Shown piece after piece: positions 51,364-63,322 of a DNA stretch of 64,000 nt. The stretch is taken from the NCBI GenBank assembly GCA_965203905.1, contig CBDBDQ010000005.1:1504001-1568000 (forward strand), given 5' to 3'. The notes under the pieces were generated by a model. It did not search any database. It was given only the letters and a program-made list of their open reading frames with translations, and had not been told where the DNA came from. Positions within the stretch are counted from its first letter, which is position 1; each line of letters opens with the position of its first letter. Source of the DNA: Spirochaetia bacterium (GTDB taxonomy: Bacteria; Spirochaetota; Spirochaetia; SZUA-6; Bin103). Both the position numbers and the translations under genes were made by a program.

Positions 51364-51632
51364 GTATGAGGCGGCGGCCATCCGCCTTCATGCATAGCAG
51401 GATTCCCGGCGGGTACTCAAGCGCGTTGTCACGGGTCCCAACGAGCCACACCAACGAGCACACGATGAACGGTCCGCCACCCTCGCCGCGCCAACCGTCT
51501 TCCTCGTCGTTGCTCTCGCCCACACGGTACACCTATACTCCTGGCTCAGAGTCCCATCGCCGACCCTAAGGATCCGAGGTTGTCGCTCACAGAAGCCGCT
51601 CAGAGGATCGACGACGTTTTGGGAGAGGATAG

Positions 51633-52871
51633 TTGACCCCGCTCGCGGTCTCGGTGCAGACCGTCCGGCGGTTCATCCTCGGCTGCCAAGGACTCTGGCC
51701 CGGACGGCGGTCGGCCGGCCGTCCCGGTGCCCGTAGGGCTCTGCACCAGTCAGGCCTGGTCCAAATCGACCCGTTGAACGTGGTCGGCCGGAGCCACGAT
51801 CTCGCGCTGCACGCCCGGGTGTGGGACTATCGCCCTGAGCATCTCGACCACCTGCTGTACACGAGCCGCGAGTTCTTCGACTACGGCGGGACGCTGTTCG
51901 TGCTGCCCATGGGCGAGCTCCCGTTTTGGCGGGTCCATATGGCGCGTCGTGCGGCCGAAGAGAAGTCGCGCGCGTTCGCGGCAGAGCATAAGCAGCTTCT
52001 GGAGGCGCTCCGGGAGGACGTCTCGTCACGAGGGCCGGTAGCGAACCGGGACTATGCCGGGCGGGGGCGTCGGGGGACGTTCCGCTCGGGCAAGGATACG
52101 GCCCGCGCTCTCCGACATCTCTGGTTGACCGGTGAGCTGATGACCTACGGGCGCCAGGGATTCGAGCGGCTCTACGCCTTGCGCCGTGACGTCGCACCGG
52201 TCGAGGTGCAGCACGCGGCGACGGCAGACGAGGCCGACGACTTCTTCGCCCGCAAAGCGCTCGCGCTGCTGGGCCTGGCAACAGCCCGCGACTGGGCCCA
52301 TCGGTTCCGGCACCTCGCCCGCCGCCGTTCGGACCCTGACGGGGAGCGTCGCAGACTGGACGAGCTCCTGACTTCAGGCGCGGCGGTACAGACGCAGATC
52401 GGCGATGGGCCCGCGCACTACCTGCTGAGGGAGCGGACCATGCAGCTGGAAGCCGTGCAGAGTGGATCGGTACCTGGAGCCTGGCGCACCTCACGGGCGG
52501 ACACGCTGACCGAGGCCACGTTCCTGCCGCCGCTGGAGTTCGTCACGGCACGCGGTCGGGCCGCGAAGTGGTTCGAGTTCGACTACGTCTGGGAGGTGTA
52601 CAAACCCGCCGCCAAACGGCGATGGGGCTACTACGTGATGCCCATCTTGCATGGCGATCGGCTCGTCGGGCGGGCGGACCTGCGGATCGATCGGGCTGCC
52701 CGCACGCTGATCGTCCCGCACTTGTGGCTGGAGCGCTCCGCTCACGCGCGAGACGCTGATCTCGTGCGAGCGATCGGCCTCGGGTTGCGCCGGTTGGCAG
52801 AATGGGCTGGTGGAGACTACGTGCATATCGACGCCACATCTCCCGCCCGGCTCCGGGTGCCACTCGCCTGA
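51633..52871 (+). CDS. YcaQ/AlkZ-family winged-helix DNA glycosylase
   Basis: VQIDPLNVVGRSH, FDYVWEVYKPAAKRRWGYYVMPIL, LVGRADL. Confidence 0.88.
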   Translation: MTPLAVSVQTVRRFILGCQGLWPGRRSAGRPGARRALHQSGLVQIDPLNVVGRSHDLALHARVWDYRPEHLDHLLYTSREFFDYGGTLFVLPMGELPFWRVHMARRAAEEKSRAFAAEHKQLLEALREDVSSRGPVANRDYAGRGRRGTFRSGKDTARALRHLWLTGELMTYGRQGFERLYALRRDVAPVEVQHAATADEADDFFARKALALLGLATARDWAHRFRHLARRRSDPDGERRRLDELLTSGAAVQTQIGDGPAHYLLRERTMQLEAVQSGSVPGAWRTSRADTLTEATFLPPLEFVTARGRAAKWFEFDYVWEVYKPAAKRRWGYYVMPILHGDRLVGRADLRIDRAARTLIVPHLWLERSAHARDADLVRAIGLGLRRLAEWAGGDYVHIDATSPARLRVPLA

Positions 52872-52872
52872 T

Positions 52873-53523
52873 TCAGCGGTTGGAGACGCGCAGCAGGCCC
52901 TCCGGGAAGCCACGCGCGCGCAGGTTCTGCTGCACCTGGGCCGCGGTGGCGGCGTCCAGATCGGGGATCACCACCCGGGTCAGGCTGTCGCCCTGCTGCA
53001 GCTCCGCTCCGAAGCCGGCATGGCGCAGCCGGTCCAGCAGGTTGCGGGCGTTGGCATACTCCCGGTACGAGCCGATCTGGATCAGGTAGATCGGCGGCGG
53101 GTCGCCCGGGCGCACCACCTGGATGCGGACCGGCGCGATGCCGGTGCGTACCATGTCGAGGTCGCGCGCGGCGGCCATCGACAGGTCGATGATGCGATTT
53201 CCCACGAACGGGCCGCGGTCGTTGATGCGCACCTCGGTAAAGGCACCGGTGGTGAGATGGGTGACCCGTACCAGGGTGTTGAACGGCAGCGTCTTGTGCG
53301 CCGCGGTATGCGTGTACATGTTGTACAGCTCGCCGTTGGACGTGGGGCGGCCGTGGAAGTCGGCGCCGTACCAGGAGGCGGTGCCCTCCTGCGGCTGCCA
53401 GGTGCCGGCGGCCACGGCCGTGGCCGCGGCCAGCTGGTCGGCGGCGGAGATCTGGGGCCGGGTCATGCAGCCCATGGTGCCGCCGGCGAAGATCGCCAGT
53501 GTCAGTGCCAGTATTCTTCTCAC
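52873..53523 (-). CDS. rlpA: Septal ring lytic transglycosylase RlpA with SPOR domain (lipoprotein)
   Basis: ASWYG, TAAHKTLP, VRINDRGPF, RIIDLS; C-terminal SPOR IQIGSY. Confidence 0.92.
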   Translation of the reverse strand: MRRILALTLAIFAGGTMGCMTRPQISAADQLAAATAVAAGTWQPQEGTASWYGADFHGRPTSNGELYNMYTHTAAHKTLPFNTLVRVTHLTTGAFTEVRINDRGPFVGNRIIDLSMAAARDLDMVRTGIAPVRIQVVRPGDPPPIYLIQIGSYREYANARNLLDRLRHAGFGAELQQGDSLTRVVIPDLDAATAAQVQQNLRARGFPEGLLRVSNR

Positions 53524-53651
53524 AATGTTCCTCCCCCGACGCAGGTCGGGGTCGCGGCGGTTCGGCGGCGGTACCGCCGGCGCGCCGCAGGCGCTGCGAT
53601 ATGCAGGCAGCGATTGCCCGCGGCGCGGCGCATTTCTATACTCGGCGCGAG

Positions 53652-55313
53652 ATGACCCGGGCTGTACCTGCCACACCGCCGTCCAGCGCCGCCGCGCCCG
53701 CCATTCAGGCCGGGCACTGGGCGGACGTGACCGCCGAACGCATCATCCGCCAGCGCGGCGACCGCGAATGCTACGTGGTGGCTTCCGGGGTGGCGCCGTC
53801 CGGGGCGGTGCACTTCGGCCACCTGCGCGAGGTGATGTCCACCGAGCTGGTGGCGCGGGCGTTGCGCGACCGCGGGAAGCGGGCGCGCTTCATCTACTCG
53901 TGGGACGACTACGACGTGTTCCGCAAGGTGCCCGCCAACCTGCCGCGGCAGGAGGAGCTGGCGCGCCACCTGCGCAAGCCGGTGGTGGACGTGCCGGATC
54001 CGTTCGGCGTTGCCGCCAACTACGCGGTCGGGTTCGAGCAGGGGCTGGAGCAGGTGCTTCCCCGCCTGGGCATTCGGCCGGAGTACCTGTACCAGGCGGA
54101 ACGCTACCGCGCGGCCCGCTACGCCGACGGCATCCGCACCGCCCTGGCGCGCCGCGCCGGCATACGCGCAATCCTCGACCGCCACCGGGACACCCCGCTG
54201 CCCGAGGATTATTGGCCGATCACGATATACTCAGGATTGGACGGCACCGACAACACCACGGTGCTGGACTGGGACGGCGCCGATACCGTCACCTACCGCG
54301 ACGTCGACGGCACCGAGAAGCGACTGGACCTGACCAGCTCCGGCGCCGCCAAGCTGCTGTGGCGCATCGACTGGCCGATGCGCTGGGCCTACGAGGGGGT
54401 CGACTGCGAGCCGGCCGGCAAGGATCACCACACCGCCGGCGGCTCGTTCGACACCGGCGGGCCGATCGCACGCGAGGTGTACGACTACGACCCGCCGGTG
54501 ACCTTCCTGTTCGGCGACGTGGGCGTCAAGGGCGGCGCCGGCCGCATCTCCTCCTCGGCCGGAAACGCGGTCACCATCGAGCAGGTGCTTGCCGTCTATC
54601 AGCCCGAGGTGGTGCGCTTTCTCTACGCCGGAACCCGGCCCAACGCCGAGTTCGTGGTGTCGTTCGATCTCGACGTGCTCAAGATCCACGAGGACTACGA
54701 CCGCGCCGAACGGGTGTACTTCGGCCACGAGCAGCTAGGGGCCAAGCGGCGCGACCGGGAGCGGCGCGTCTACGAGCTGTCGCAGATCGCGGAGGTGCCG
54801 GCGCGGATGCCACCCCAGGTGCCGTTCCGCCACCTGTGCAACCTGCTCCAGATCCGTGACGGCGACGTGGCTGCGACCCTGGCGGCGCTGGTGCAGGAGC
54901 TGCAGTTGACGGCGCCGGATGCCGCGGACGCCCGCCGCCGCCTGCAGGCGCGGGCGCAGGGCGCCGCTACCTGGCTGGAGAGCTACGCCCCGCCCTCCAT
55001 GCGCTTTCGCCTGCGGCGCGCCGACGAGCCGGCCCCGGCGCTGGCGCCGCGGGAGGCCGCCGCGCTCGGCCTCCTGTACCAGGAGCTGGCCGGGTTGGAG
55101 CGGCACGACGGCGCCTCCCTCTCGGACCGCATCTACGCCATCGCCGGTGAGCAGGAGCTGGCCCCGCGCGCCCTGTTCGCGGCCGCCTACCGGGCGCTGA
55201 TCGGCGCCGAGCGCGGGCCGCGGCTGGCGGACTTCATCCTGCTCAGCGGGCGCGCGCGCATCGCACCGCTGCTGGAGCCCTACGCTGCGGCGGCAGAGGA
55301 TGGGCCGGCATGA
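53652..55313 (+). CDS. lysS: Class I lysyl-tRNA synthetase
   Basis: HWAD, SGVAPSGAVHFG, WRIDWPMRW, EPAGKDH, RISSSAGN, GPRL. Confidence 0.95.
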   Translation: MTRAVPATPPSSAAAPAIQAGHWADVTAERIIRQRGDRECYVVASGVAPSGAVHFGHLREVMSTELVARALRDRGKRARFIYSWDDYDVFRKVPANLPRQEELARHLRKPVVDVPDPFGVAANYAVGFEQGLEQVLPRLGIRPEYLYQAERYRAARYADGIRTALARRAGIRAILDRHRDTPLPEDYWPITIYSGLDGTDNTTVLDWDGADTVTYRDVDGTEKRLDLTSSGAAKLLWRIDWPMRWAYEGVDCEPAGKDHHTAGGSFDTGGPIAREVYDYDPPVTFLFGDVGVKGGAGRISSSAGNAVTIEQVLAVYQPEVVRFLYAGTRPNAEFVVSFDLDVLKIHEDYDRAERVYFGHEQLGAKRRDRERRVYELSQIAEVPARMPPQVPFRHLCNLLQIRDGDVAATLAALVQELQLTAPDAADARRRLQARAQGAATWLESYAPPSMRFRLRRADEPAPALAPREAAALGLLYQELAGLERHDGASLSDRIYAIAGEQELAPRALFAAAYRALIGAERGPRLADFILLSGRARIAPLLEPYAAAAEDGPA

Positions 55314-56017
55314 GTGACGCGGACGCGGCCAAGGCGGCCGCGGGGCGTGCCGCCGCCGCCCTGGTGGAATCGGGGATGAGGGTCGGGCTCGGCACCGGCT
55401 CCACGGCGGTGCACGCGGTGCGCGCCATCGCCGAACGGGTGCGCGGCGGCGCGTTGCGCGACCTCGCGCTGGTCCCCACCAGCACCCAGACCCAGACCGA
55501 GTGCTGGGAGCTGGGCCTGAACCTGCTGACGCTCAGCGACCCGGTGGTGGACGGCACCCTCGACCTGAGCATCGACGGTGCCGACGAGGTGGACCCCGCC
55601 TGGGACCTGATCAAGGGCGGCGGCGGCGCCCTGCTCACCGAGAAGGTGGTGGCCGCGGTGAGCCGGCGCTACGTCATAGTGGTGGATGAGTCGAAGCTGG
55701 TGCCGTGCCTCGGCACCCGCTTTCCGGTGCCGGTGGAGGTGGTGCCGCTGGCGCTGGCGCCGGTGCGCGCCGCGCTGCAGGAGCGTGGTTACCGCGGCGC
55801 GGTGCGCATCGCGGTACGCAAGCAGGGACCGGTGATCACCGACCACGGCAACCTGATCGTCGACGCCTGGCCTCCGGAAGGGTTCGATGCCCCGCGCAGC
55901 GAGGCGGAGCTCGCCGCCATTCCCGGGGTGGTGGAGAACGGGCTGTTCACGCGCTGCGTCACCGACCTGCTGGTGGGCGCCGCCGGCGGCGTACGGCACC
56001 GCCGCCGCGAGCGCTGA
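55310..56017 (+). CDS. rpiA: Ribose-5-phosphate isomerase A
   Basis: GLGTGST, DGADEVD, IKGGGGAL, GVVENGLF. Confidence 0.96.
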   Translation: MSDADAAKAAAGRAAAALVESGMRVGLGTGSTAVHAVRAIAERVRGGALRDLALVPTSTQTQTECWELGLNLLTLSDPVVDGTLDLSIDGADEVDPAWDLIKGGGGALLTEKVVAAVSRRYVIVVDESKLVPCLGTRFPVPVEVVPLALAPVRAALQERGYRGAVRIAVRKQGPVITDHGNLIVDAWPPEGFDAPRSEAELAAIPGVVENGLFTRCVTDLLVGAAGGVRHRRRER

Positions 56018-56072
56018 TGGTCGCCGCGACCGCAGTCGCGGCAGCCGTGGCCAGATGGCGCCGGGGCGTGCC

Positions 56073-57182
56073 ATGAGCGCGCCGCGCGAGCGCATCGCGG
56101 TGCTGCTGTCGGGCGGGGTGGACAGCGCCCTGGCCCTGGCCCTGCTGCGCGAGGCGGGACACCGGCTCACCGCCTTCTACCTGAAGGTATGGCTGGAGGA
56201 GGAGCTGGCGTTCCTGGGCGACTGCCCCTGGGAGGAGGACCTGCGCTACGCGCGCGCCGTGTGCGACCAGTTGCAGGTCCCACTCGAGGTGGTGCCGTTC
56301 CAGGCCGAGTACCAGCAGGCGGTGGTGCAGTACGTGCTGGGCGCGCTGCGCGCCGGCCACACGCCGAGTCCCGACGTGCTGTGCAACCGTGCCATCAAGT
56401 TCGGCGCCTTCGTGGACCGCATCGGCGGTGACTACGACGCGGTGGCCAGCGGCCACTACGCGCGGCTGGCACCGGCCGCGGACGGGCACACCCGGCTGCT
56501 GCGTGGGGTGGATCGGGCCAAGGACCAGAGCTATTTCCTGGCCTACCTGCGGCGCGAGCAACTCGGCCGGCTGCGCTTCCCGCTCGGCGCCCTGTGCAAG
56601 CACCAGGTGCGGGTGATGGCTCGGGAGCGGAGGCTGGCGCCGAGCGGACGCAAGGACAGCCAGGGCATCTGCTTCCTCGGCAAGCTCAGTTACCCGGCCT
56701 TCGTGCGCGCCCACCTCGGCGAGACGCCCGGAACGATTCGCGAGTTCCCCGGCGGCGCCCGGCTGGGCACCCACCGCGGGCACTGGTTCCATACCATCGG
56801 CCAGCGCCAGGGCCTGGGTCTCGGCGACGGTCCCTGGTACGTGGTGGCCAAGGACACGGCCGCCAACACGGTGTACGTGGCGCACGACCCCGGCGCCGCG
56901 GCCCCCGCCGCGGTGGCGCTGGTCGACGGCAACTGGATCGAGCCGGCGGCACCGGACGCCCTGTATGAGCGGCCCCTGCTGGTCCGCGTGCGCCACGGCG
57001 ACGCCCCGCGTCCGTGCCGGCTCGGCGCCGCGGCAGGCGGCAACGGGGCTGCGCCGACGCTCCGCTTCGAGCAACCGCTGCCCGGCATCGCCAGCGGCCA
57101 GTTCGCGGTGTTGTACGAGGCCGGCGGTGAGCTGTGCCACGGCGCCGGCATGATGCAGCGCAGCGAAGTCGCATATTCCTGA
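56073..57182 (+). CDS. mnmA: tRNA 2-thiouridylase MnmA
   Basis: SGGVDS, TPSPDVLCN, SGHYA, KDQSYFL, SQGICF, TIGQR. Confidence 0.95.
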   Translation: MSAPRERIAVLLSGGVDSALALALLREAGHRLTAFYLKVWLEEELAFLGDCPWEEDLRYARAVCDQLQVPLEVVPFQAEYQQAVVQYVLGALRAGHTPSPDVLCNRAIKFGAFVDRIGGDYDAVASGHYARLAPAADGHTRLLRGVDRAKDQSYFLAYLRREQLGRLRFPLGALCKHQVRVMARERRLAPSGRKDSQGICFLGKLSYPAFVRAHLGETPGTIREFPGGARLGTHRGHWFHTIGQRQGLGLGDGPWYVVAKDTAANTVYVAHDPGAAAPAAVALVDGNWIEPAAPDALYERPLLVRVRHGDAPRPCRLGAAAGGNGAAPTLRFEQPLPGIASGQFAVLYEAGGELCHGAGMMQRSEVAYS

Positions 57183-57261
57183 AGCAGCGGCTGAGGCGCT
57201 TGGCGCCTGGCCACGCGGAGCCCCGCGAGCCTCGCACATGGCCACGACAAGTGTGCAATGA

Positions 57262-57705
<444 letters not shown>

Positions 57706-57787
57706 GCACCCGGGGGCCGGCGACCGAGGTCCGCCACGAGTCGGTGGTTGACCATTCGGCGCGGAAGCCGTAGCTTAGCGGCCCGCC

Positions 57788-57812
57788 AATCTTGACCATG
57801 TAGATCAAGATA
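57788..57812. promoter_or_regulatory. Rrf2 (IscR/CymR-type) operator-like palindrome
   Basis: ATCTTGA-N9-TCAAGAT, 22 bp upstream of the Rrf2 gene. Confidence 0.65.
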
Positions 57813-57833
57813 GGCGACAAAGGGAGCACCGAT

Positions 57834-58247
57834 ATGTGGGCGCTATCCGCAAAAGCACGCTACGGCCTCCAGGCGGCCTACGACCTGGCCCTGCACGCCG
57901 GCAACGGACCACGCCAGATCCGGGAGGTGGCCGCCGATCAGGAGATTCCCCAGCACTTCCTGGAGCAGGTGCTGGTGCAACTCAAGCGCGCCTCGCTGGT
58001 GCGCAGCTACCGCGGCTGCCACGGTGGCTATGCGCTGGCCCGGGAACCAGCGCAGATCTCGGTGCTGGAGGTCCTGACCTGTCTGGAGGGGCCTTTGGAA
58101 TTTGGCGCCGGGCCGTGGAGCGACGAGGTGCTGGCGCTGCCGCTGCAACGCGCCGCCGAGGGCGTCAGCCGGGCGCTGCAGGTGACGCTGGCCGACCTGG
58201 TGTGGGACAAGCAGCGCTCCCAGCCGCACCTCACCTACCAGATATGA
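57834..58247 (+). CDS. Rrf2-family regulator (CymR-like, no Fe-S Cys triad)
   Basis: [29 protein letters not shown]. Confidence 0.9.
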   Translation: MWALSAKARYGLQAAYDLALHAGNGPRQIREVAADQEIPQHFLEQVLVQLKRASLVRSYRGCHGGYALAREPAQISVLEVLTCLEGPLEFGAGPWSDEVLALPLQRAAEGVSRALQVTLADLVWDKQRSQPHLTYQI

Positions 58248-58995
58248 GCGTCTCGGATATGAACGCCTCGACGGAGCTGTCCGCACCGGTCGCGGTCCTG
58301 CAGGAACTCGCCGCCAGCGCGGAGCGCGGTCCCGAGACCCTGCTGCGGGCCCTGGTGGAGCGCTACGGACGCGGCCTGAAGCTGGCCTCGTCGTTGGGTA
58401 CCGAGGATCAGGTGCTGACCCACATGCTGCTGCAGATCGATCCGCAGGCGCGCATCTTCGTGCTCGATACCGGGCGCCTGCACCAGGAGACCTACGACCT
58501 GATGGCGCGCACCATGAGCCGTTACGACATGCGCTACGAGGTGCTGTTTCCCGCCGCGGAGGCGGTCCAGGAGATGGTCGCCGGCGAGGGCCCCAACCTG
58601 TTCTACGCCAGCGTCGAGGGGCGCCAGCGCTGCTGCGCGGTGCGCAAGGTGGAGCCGCTGGGGCGGGCGCTGGCCGACGCCGCCGCCTGGGTGACCGGGC
58701 TGCGCCGCGAGCAAAGCCCGGAGCGCGGCGCGACTCCGGCGGTGGAGTGGGACACCGCCCACAGCGCGGTGAAGGCCAACCCGCTCGCCGAGTGGAGCGA
58801 GGCGCAGGTGTGGGACTACCTGCGCAGCCATGGGGTTCCCTACAACGTGCTGCACGACCGGGGCTTCCTCAGCATCGGCTGTGCCCCGTGCACCCGCGCC
58901 GTGGAGCCGGGCGAACCGGCGCGCGCCGGGCGCTGGTGGTGGGAGCAGGGCACCGCCAAGGAGTGCGGCCTGCACCCCGCCGGGGAAGAGCGCTC

Positions 58996-58999
<4 letters not shown>
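58244..58999 (+). CDS. cysH: APS/PAPS reductase (APS-type, CC and CxxC)
   Basis: [38 protein letters not shown]. Confidence 0.93.
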
Positions 59000-59876
<877 letters not shown>

Positions 59877-59877
<1 letters not shown>

Positions 59878-61802
59878 TGGCCGCGGTGACGGATACCCCC
59901 GCCAAGCCGGCGCCGGCTGCGGCCGCGGCGTCCAGGCCCGAGGTGGCGGTGATGAACGTGGTGGTGATCGGCCACGTCGACCATGGCAAGAGCACGGTGG
60001 TGGGACGGCTGCTGCACGACACCGACGTGCTGCCGCACGGCAAGATCGAACAGGTGCGCCGCAACTGCGAGCGCAGCGGCAAGCCGTTCGAGTACGCGTT
60101 CCTGATCGACGCCCTGCAGGACGAACAGGCGCAGGGCATCACCATCGACGCGGCGCGGGTCTTCTTCCGCTCCGACCGCCGCCGCTACATCATCATCGAC
60201 GCTCCCGGACACATCGAGTTCCTGAAGAACATGATCTCCGGCGCCGCCCGTGCCGAAGCCGCCATCCTGGTGATCGACGCCCAGGAGGGGGTGCGCGAGA
60301 ACTCGCGCCGGCACGGCTACATGGCGGCCATGCTCGGCATCCGCCAGCTGGTGGTCGCGGTCAACAAGATGGACCTGGTGGACTACGACCAGGCCACGTT
60401 CGCCGCCATCCACGAGGAGTACGCGGCCTTCCTGCGCGAGATCGAGGTGCAGCCGCGCGCCTTCATCCCGGTGAGTGGCCGCCACGGCGACAACCTGGCG
60501 GCGCCGTCGCCGCGCACGCCGTGGTACGACGGCGCCCCGCTGCTGCAGCAGATGGATGCGCTCGACAGTGCCGGACCCGCCACCTCGCAGGCGCTGCGGC
60601 TGCCGGTGCAGGACGTCTACAAGTTCCCGGTGCGCGGTGACGACGCGCGCATCGTCGCCGGCACCGTCGCCAGCGGCAGCGTGCGGGTGGGAGACGCGGT
60701 CGAGTTCCTGCCCTCGCGCAAGCGCGCCCGCGTGCGCAGCATCGAGGGCTTCAACCTGCCCCCGCAGCGGGAGGCGGCCGCGGGCGGCGCCACCGGCATC
60801 ACCCTCAGCGAGGAGCTCTACGTCCGTCCCGGCGAAGTGATGTACCGGGTGGGCGAACCGGCCCCGCGGGTCGGCACCACGTTCCGCTGCAACCTGTTCT
60901 GGCTCGGCCGCAACCCGCTGGTGCGGGGCAAGCGCTACCGGCTCAAGCTGGCCACCAACCGGGTCGCCGTGCACGTCAAGGAGATCGTGCAGGTGCTGGA
61001 CGCAGCCAGCCTGGAGAGCCGCGGGTCGGGGCCGGGGCGGAGTGCCGGAGGCGCCCGCGAGGTGCCGGCCCACGTGGGACGCCACGACGTCGCCGAGTGC
61101 GTGCTGGAGACCCACAAGCCGATCGCCTTCGACCTCGGCCTGGGCGCGGACCTGGCGGCGACCGGGCGCTTCGTGCTGGTTGACGAATACGAGATCGCCG
61201 GCGGCGGCATCATTACCGAGTACCTGTCCGGCCTCAGGGACTCCCTGCGCGAGCACGTCAAGCAGCGTGAGTACGCCTGGGTACGCGGCTCCATCACCCA
61301 GCAGGAGCGTATCGAACGCTTCGGCCAGCGGGCGCGGCTGGTGGTGCTGACTGGCCCAGAGCGGCGGCCGCTGCAGGAGATGGCGCGGGGGCTGGAGGCG
61401 GAGCTGTTCCGCGCCGGGCGCAGCGCCTACTACCTGGGACTCACCAACCTGGCCCGCGGCCTGGACGCGGACATGACCGAGGCTGCGGATGGAGACGCCG
61501 CGATCACAACGGCCGGAGACGACCGCGGGGAGCACGTACGGCGTCTCGGCGAGGTGGCCCACATCCTCTGTGAAGCGGGGCAGATCGTCATCACCACGGT
61601 GGCCGATCTCGACACCTACGAAGCGGAGACGTTGCGTATTCTCGGCCAGCCTCACGACATGCTGGTGATCCGCACCGGCGCCGACCGGCACGGCGTGAAC
61701 GCGGACCTCGCGCTTCCGTCCGAGACGCCGGTGGCGGAAGCGGTGGCCGCGGTGTGCCGCCTGCTGCGTGAGCGCGAGGTGCTGCTCGAGTACTACCTGT
61801 GA
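59877..61802 (+). CDS. cysN: Sulfate adenylyltransferase GTPase subunit fused to degenerate APS kinase domain
   Basis: [24 protein letters not shown]; C-terminal CysC-like domain; start approximate. Confidence 0.92.
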
Positions 61803-61830
61803 CGGACGCGGCGCCGCCGCGGAGCGATTG

Positions 61831-63297
61831 ATGGCGGCTTTCGTGAGCCTGATCGGGGCCGGACCGGGCGACCCCGAGCTGATCACCCTGCGCGGCCAGC
61901 GTGCCCTGGCGGCGGCCGACGTAATCATCTACGACGACCTGGTGGATCGGCGCCTGCTGATCCCGTTTGACGGGCGGCCGGTGTATGGCCTCGGTGACCG
62001 CCGGGCACCGGCGCCGGAACGGCAGCAGCGCCTGTATCGGCTGCTGGCGGAACAGGCGGCGGCCGGGCGCCGGGTGGCGCATCTCAAGGGTGGCGACCCG
62101 CTGCTGTTCGCGCGCGGCACGGAGGAGATACTGTTCCTGCGTGGCGCCGGCATCCCCTACGAGGTGATTCCCGGCATTACCGCCGCGGTGGCGGCGGCCG
62201 CCTACGCGGAGCTGCCCCTGACGCGGCGCCGGCAGGCCTCGTCGGTGGCCTTCTGCACCGGGCACACCGAGCAGGTGGCGGTGCCCGAGGCCGATACTCT
62301 GGTCTACTACATGGCGGCCGCGCGGCTGGCGGTGATAGCCGAGCAGCTCCTGGCCCGAGGCTGGCGCCCGGCGACGCCGGTGACCCTGATCCGCAACGCC
62401 AGCCGCCCCGACCAGTCGGTGACCACCCTGACGCTGCGCGGCGCTGCCCGCCATGACGCGCCGGCGCCCCCGCTGGTGGCGGTGATCGGACCGGGTGGCG
62501 CTCCGGTGGGCGCCGAACCCCGAAGTGACCGGCGGCCACCGCTGGCCGGCGGCGCGGCCGAGAGCGGCCCGCCGGCCCACGCCGGGAGTTCCTGGTTCAG
62601 CAGCGCGCGCAAGGTGCTGGTGACCGGGACCAGTGCCGAGCCCTACCGCCGTCTCGGGGAAGTGGTGCACACGCCGCTGATCCGGATTGCGGAGCCGGCC
62701 GACTGGGGACCCCTGGATGCGGCTCTGGAACGGCTTGCGGACTACTCGATCGTGGCGCTGACCAGTCGTTACGCCGTAACGGCGCTGATGCGGCGGCTGC
62801 TGGCGCGCGGTGGCGACGGACGGCGCCTGGCCCAGGCGCGGCTGGCAGTGGTGGGGGCCGCAACCGCGGCCGCGCTGCGCGGGCACGGCCTGATGGCGGA
62901 CCTGGTGGCGCAGCCGGAGACCGGCGCGGGTCTGCTGGCGGCGCTGCGCGGCGCCGGGCCGCTGGCAGGCGGGCGGGTGCTGCTGCCGCGCTCGCAGCTC
63001 GCCGATGCCGTCCTGCCGCAGGGGCTGTGCGCGGCGGGCGCGGAGGTGACGGCGGTCACCGCCTACCGCACCCTGCCGGTGACCGCGCCGGTGCAGGTGG
63101 ACCTGGCCGCCTGCGACGCCGTGGTGTTCACCTCGCCCTCCACGGTCGAGGCGTTTCGCCAGCTCTACGGAACGGCGGTGCCGGAACGGGTAGAGCTCTG
63201 GTGTCGCGGTCCGCGTACCCGGACGGCGGCGCAGGCCGCGTTCGGACGCGGCGCTGCGCTGCCGGGTGACGCGGCCCGCAGGGCTGCCGCGCGCTGA
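61831..63297 (+). CDS. cobA: Uroporphyrinogen-III C-methyltransferase / synthase fusion (CobA-HemD)
   Basis: GAGPGDPELIT, LKGGDP, IPGITA; then LTS, AYRT, FTSPSTV (HemD). Confidence 0.9.
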   Translation: MAAFVSLIGAGPGDPELITLRGQRALAAADVIIYDDLVDRRLLIPFDGRPVYGLGDRRAPAPERQQRLYRLLAEQAAAGRRVAHLKGGDPLLFARGTEEILFLRGAGIPYEVIPGITAAVAAAAYAELPLTRRRQASSVAFCTGHTEQVAVPEADTLVYYMAAARLAVIAEQLLARGWRPATPVTLIRNASRPDQSVTTLTLRGAARHDAPAPPLVAVIGPGGAPVGAEPRSDRRPPLAGGAAESGPPAHAGSSWFSSARKVLVTGTSAEPYRRLGEVVHTPLIRIAEPADWGPLDAALERLADYSIVALTSRYAVTALMRRLLARGGDGRRLAQARLAVVGAATAAALRGHGLMADLVAQPETGAGLLAALRGAGPLAGGRVLLPRSQLADAVLPQGLCAAGAEVTAVTAYRTLPVTAPVQVDLAACDAVVFTSPSTVEAFRQLYGTAVPERVELWCRGPRTRTAAQAAFGRGAALPGDAARRAAAR

Positions 63298-63322
63298 GGC
63301 CGGCCCGGCTTGGGGTGCGCGC

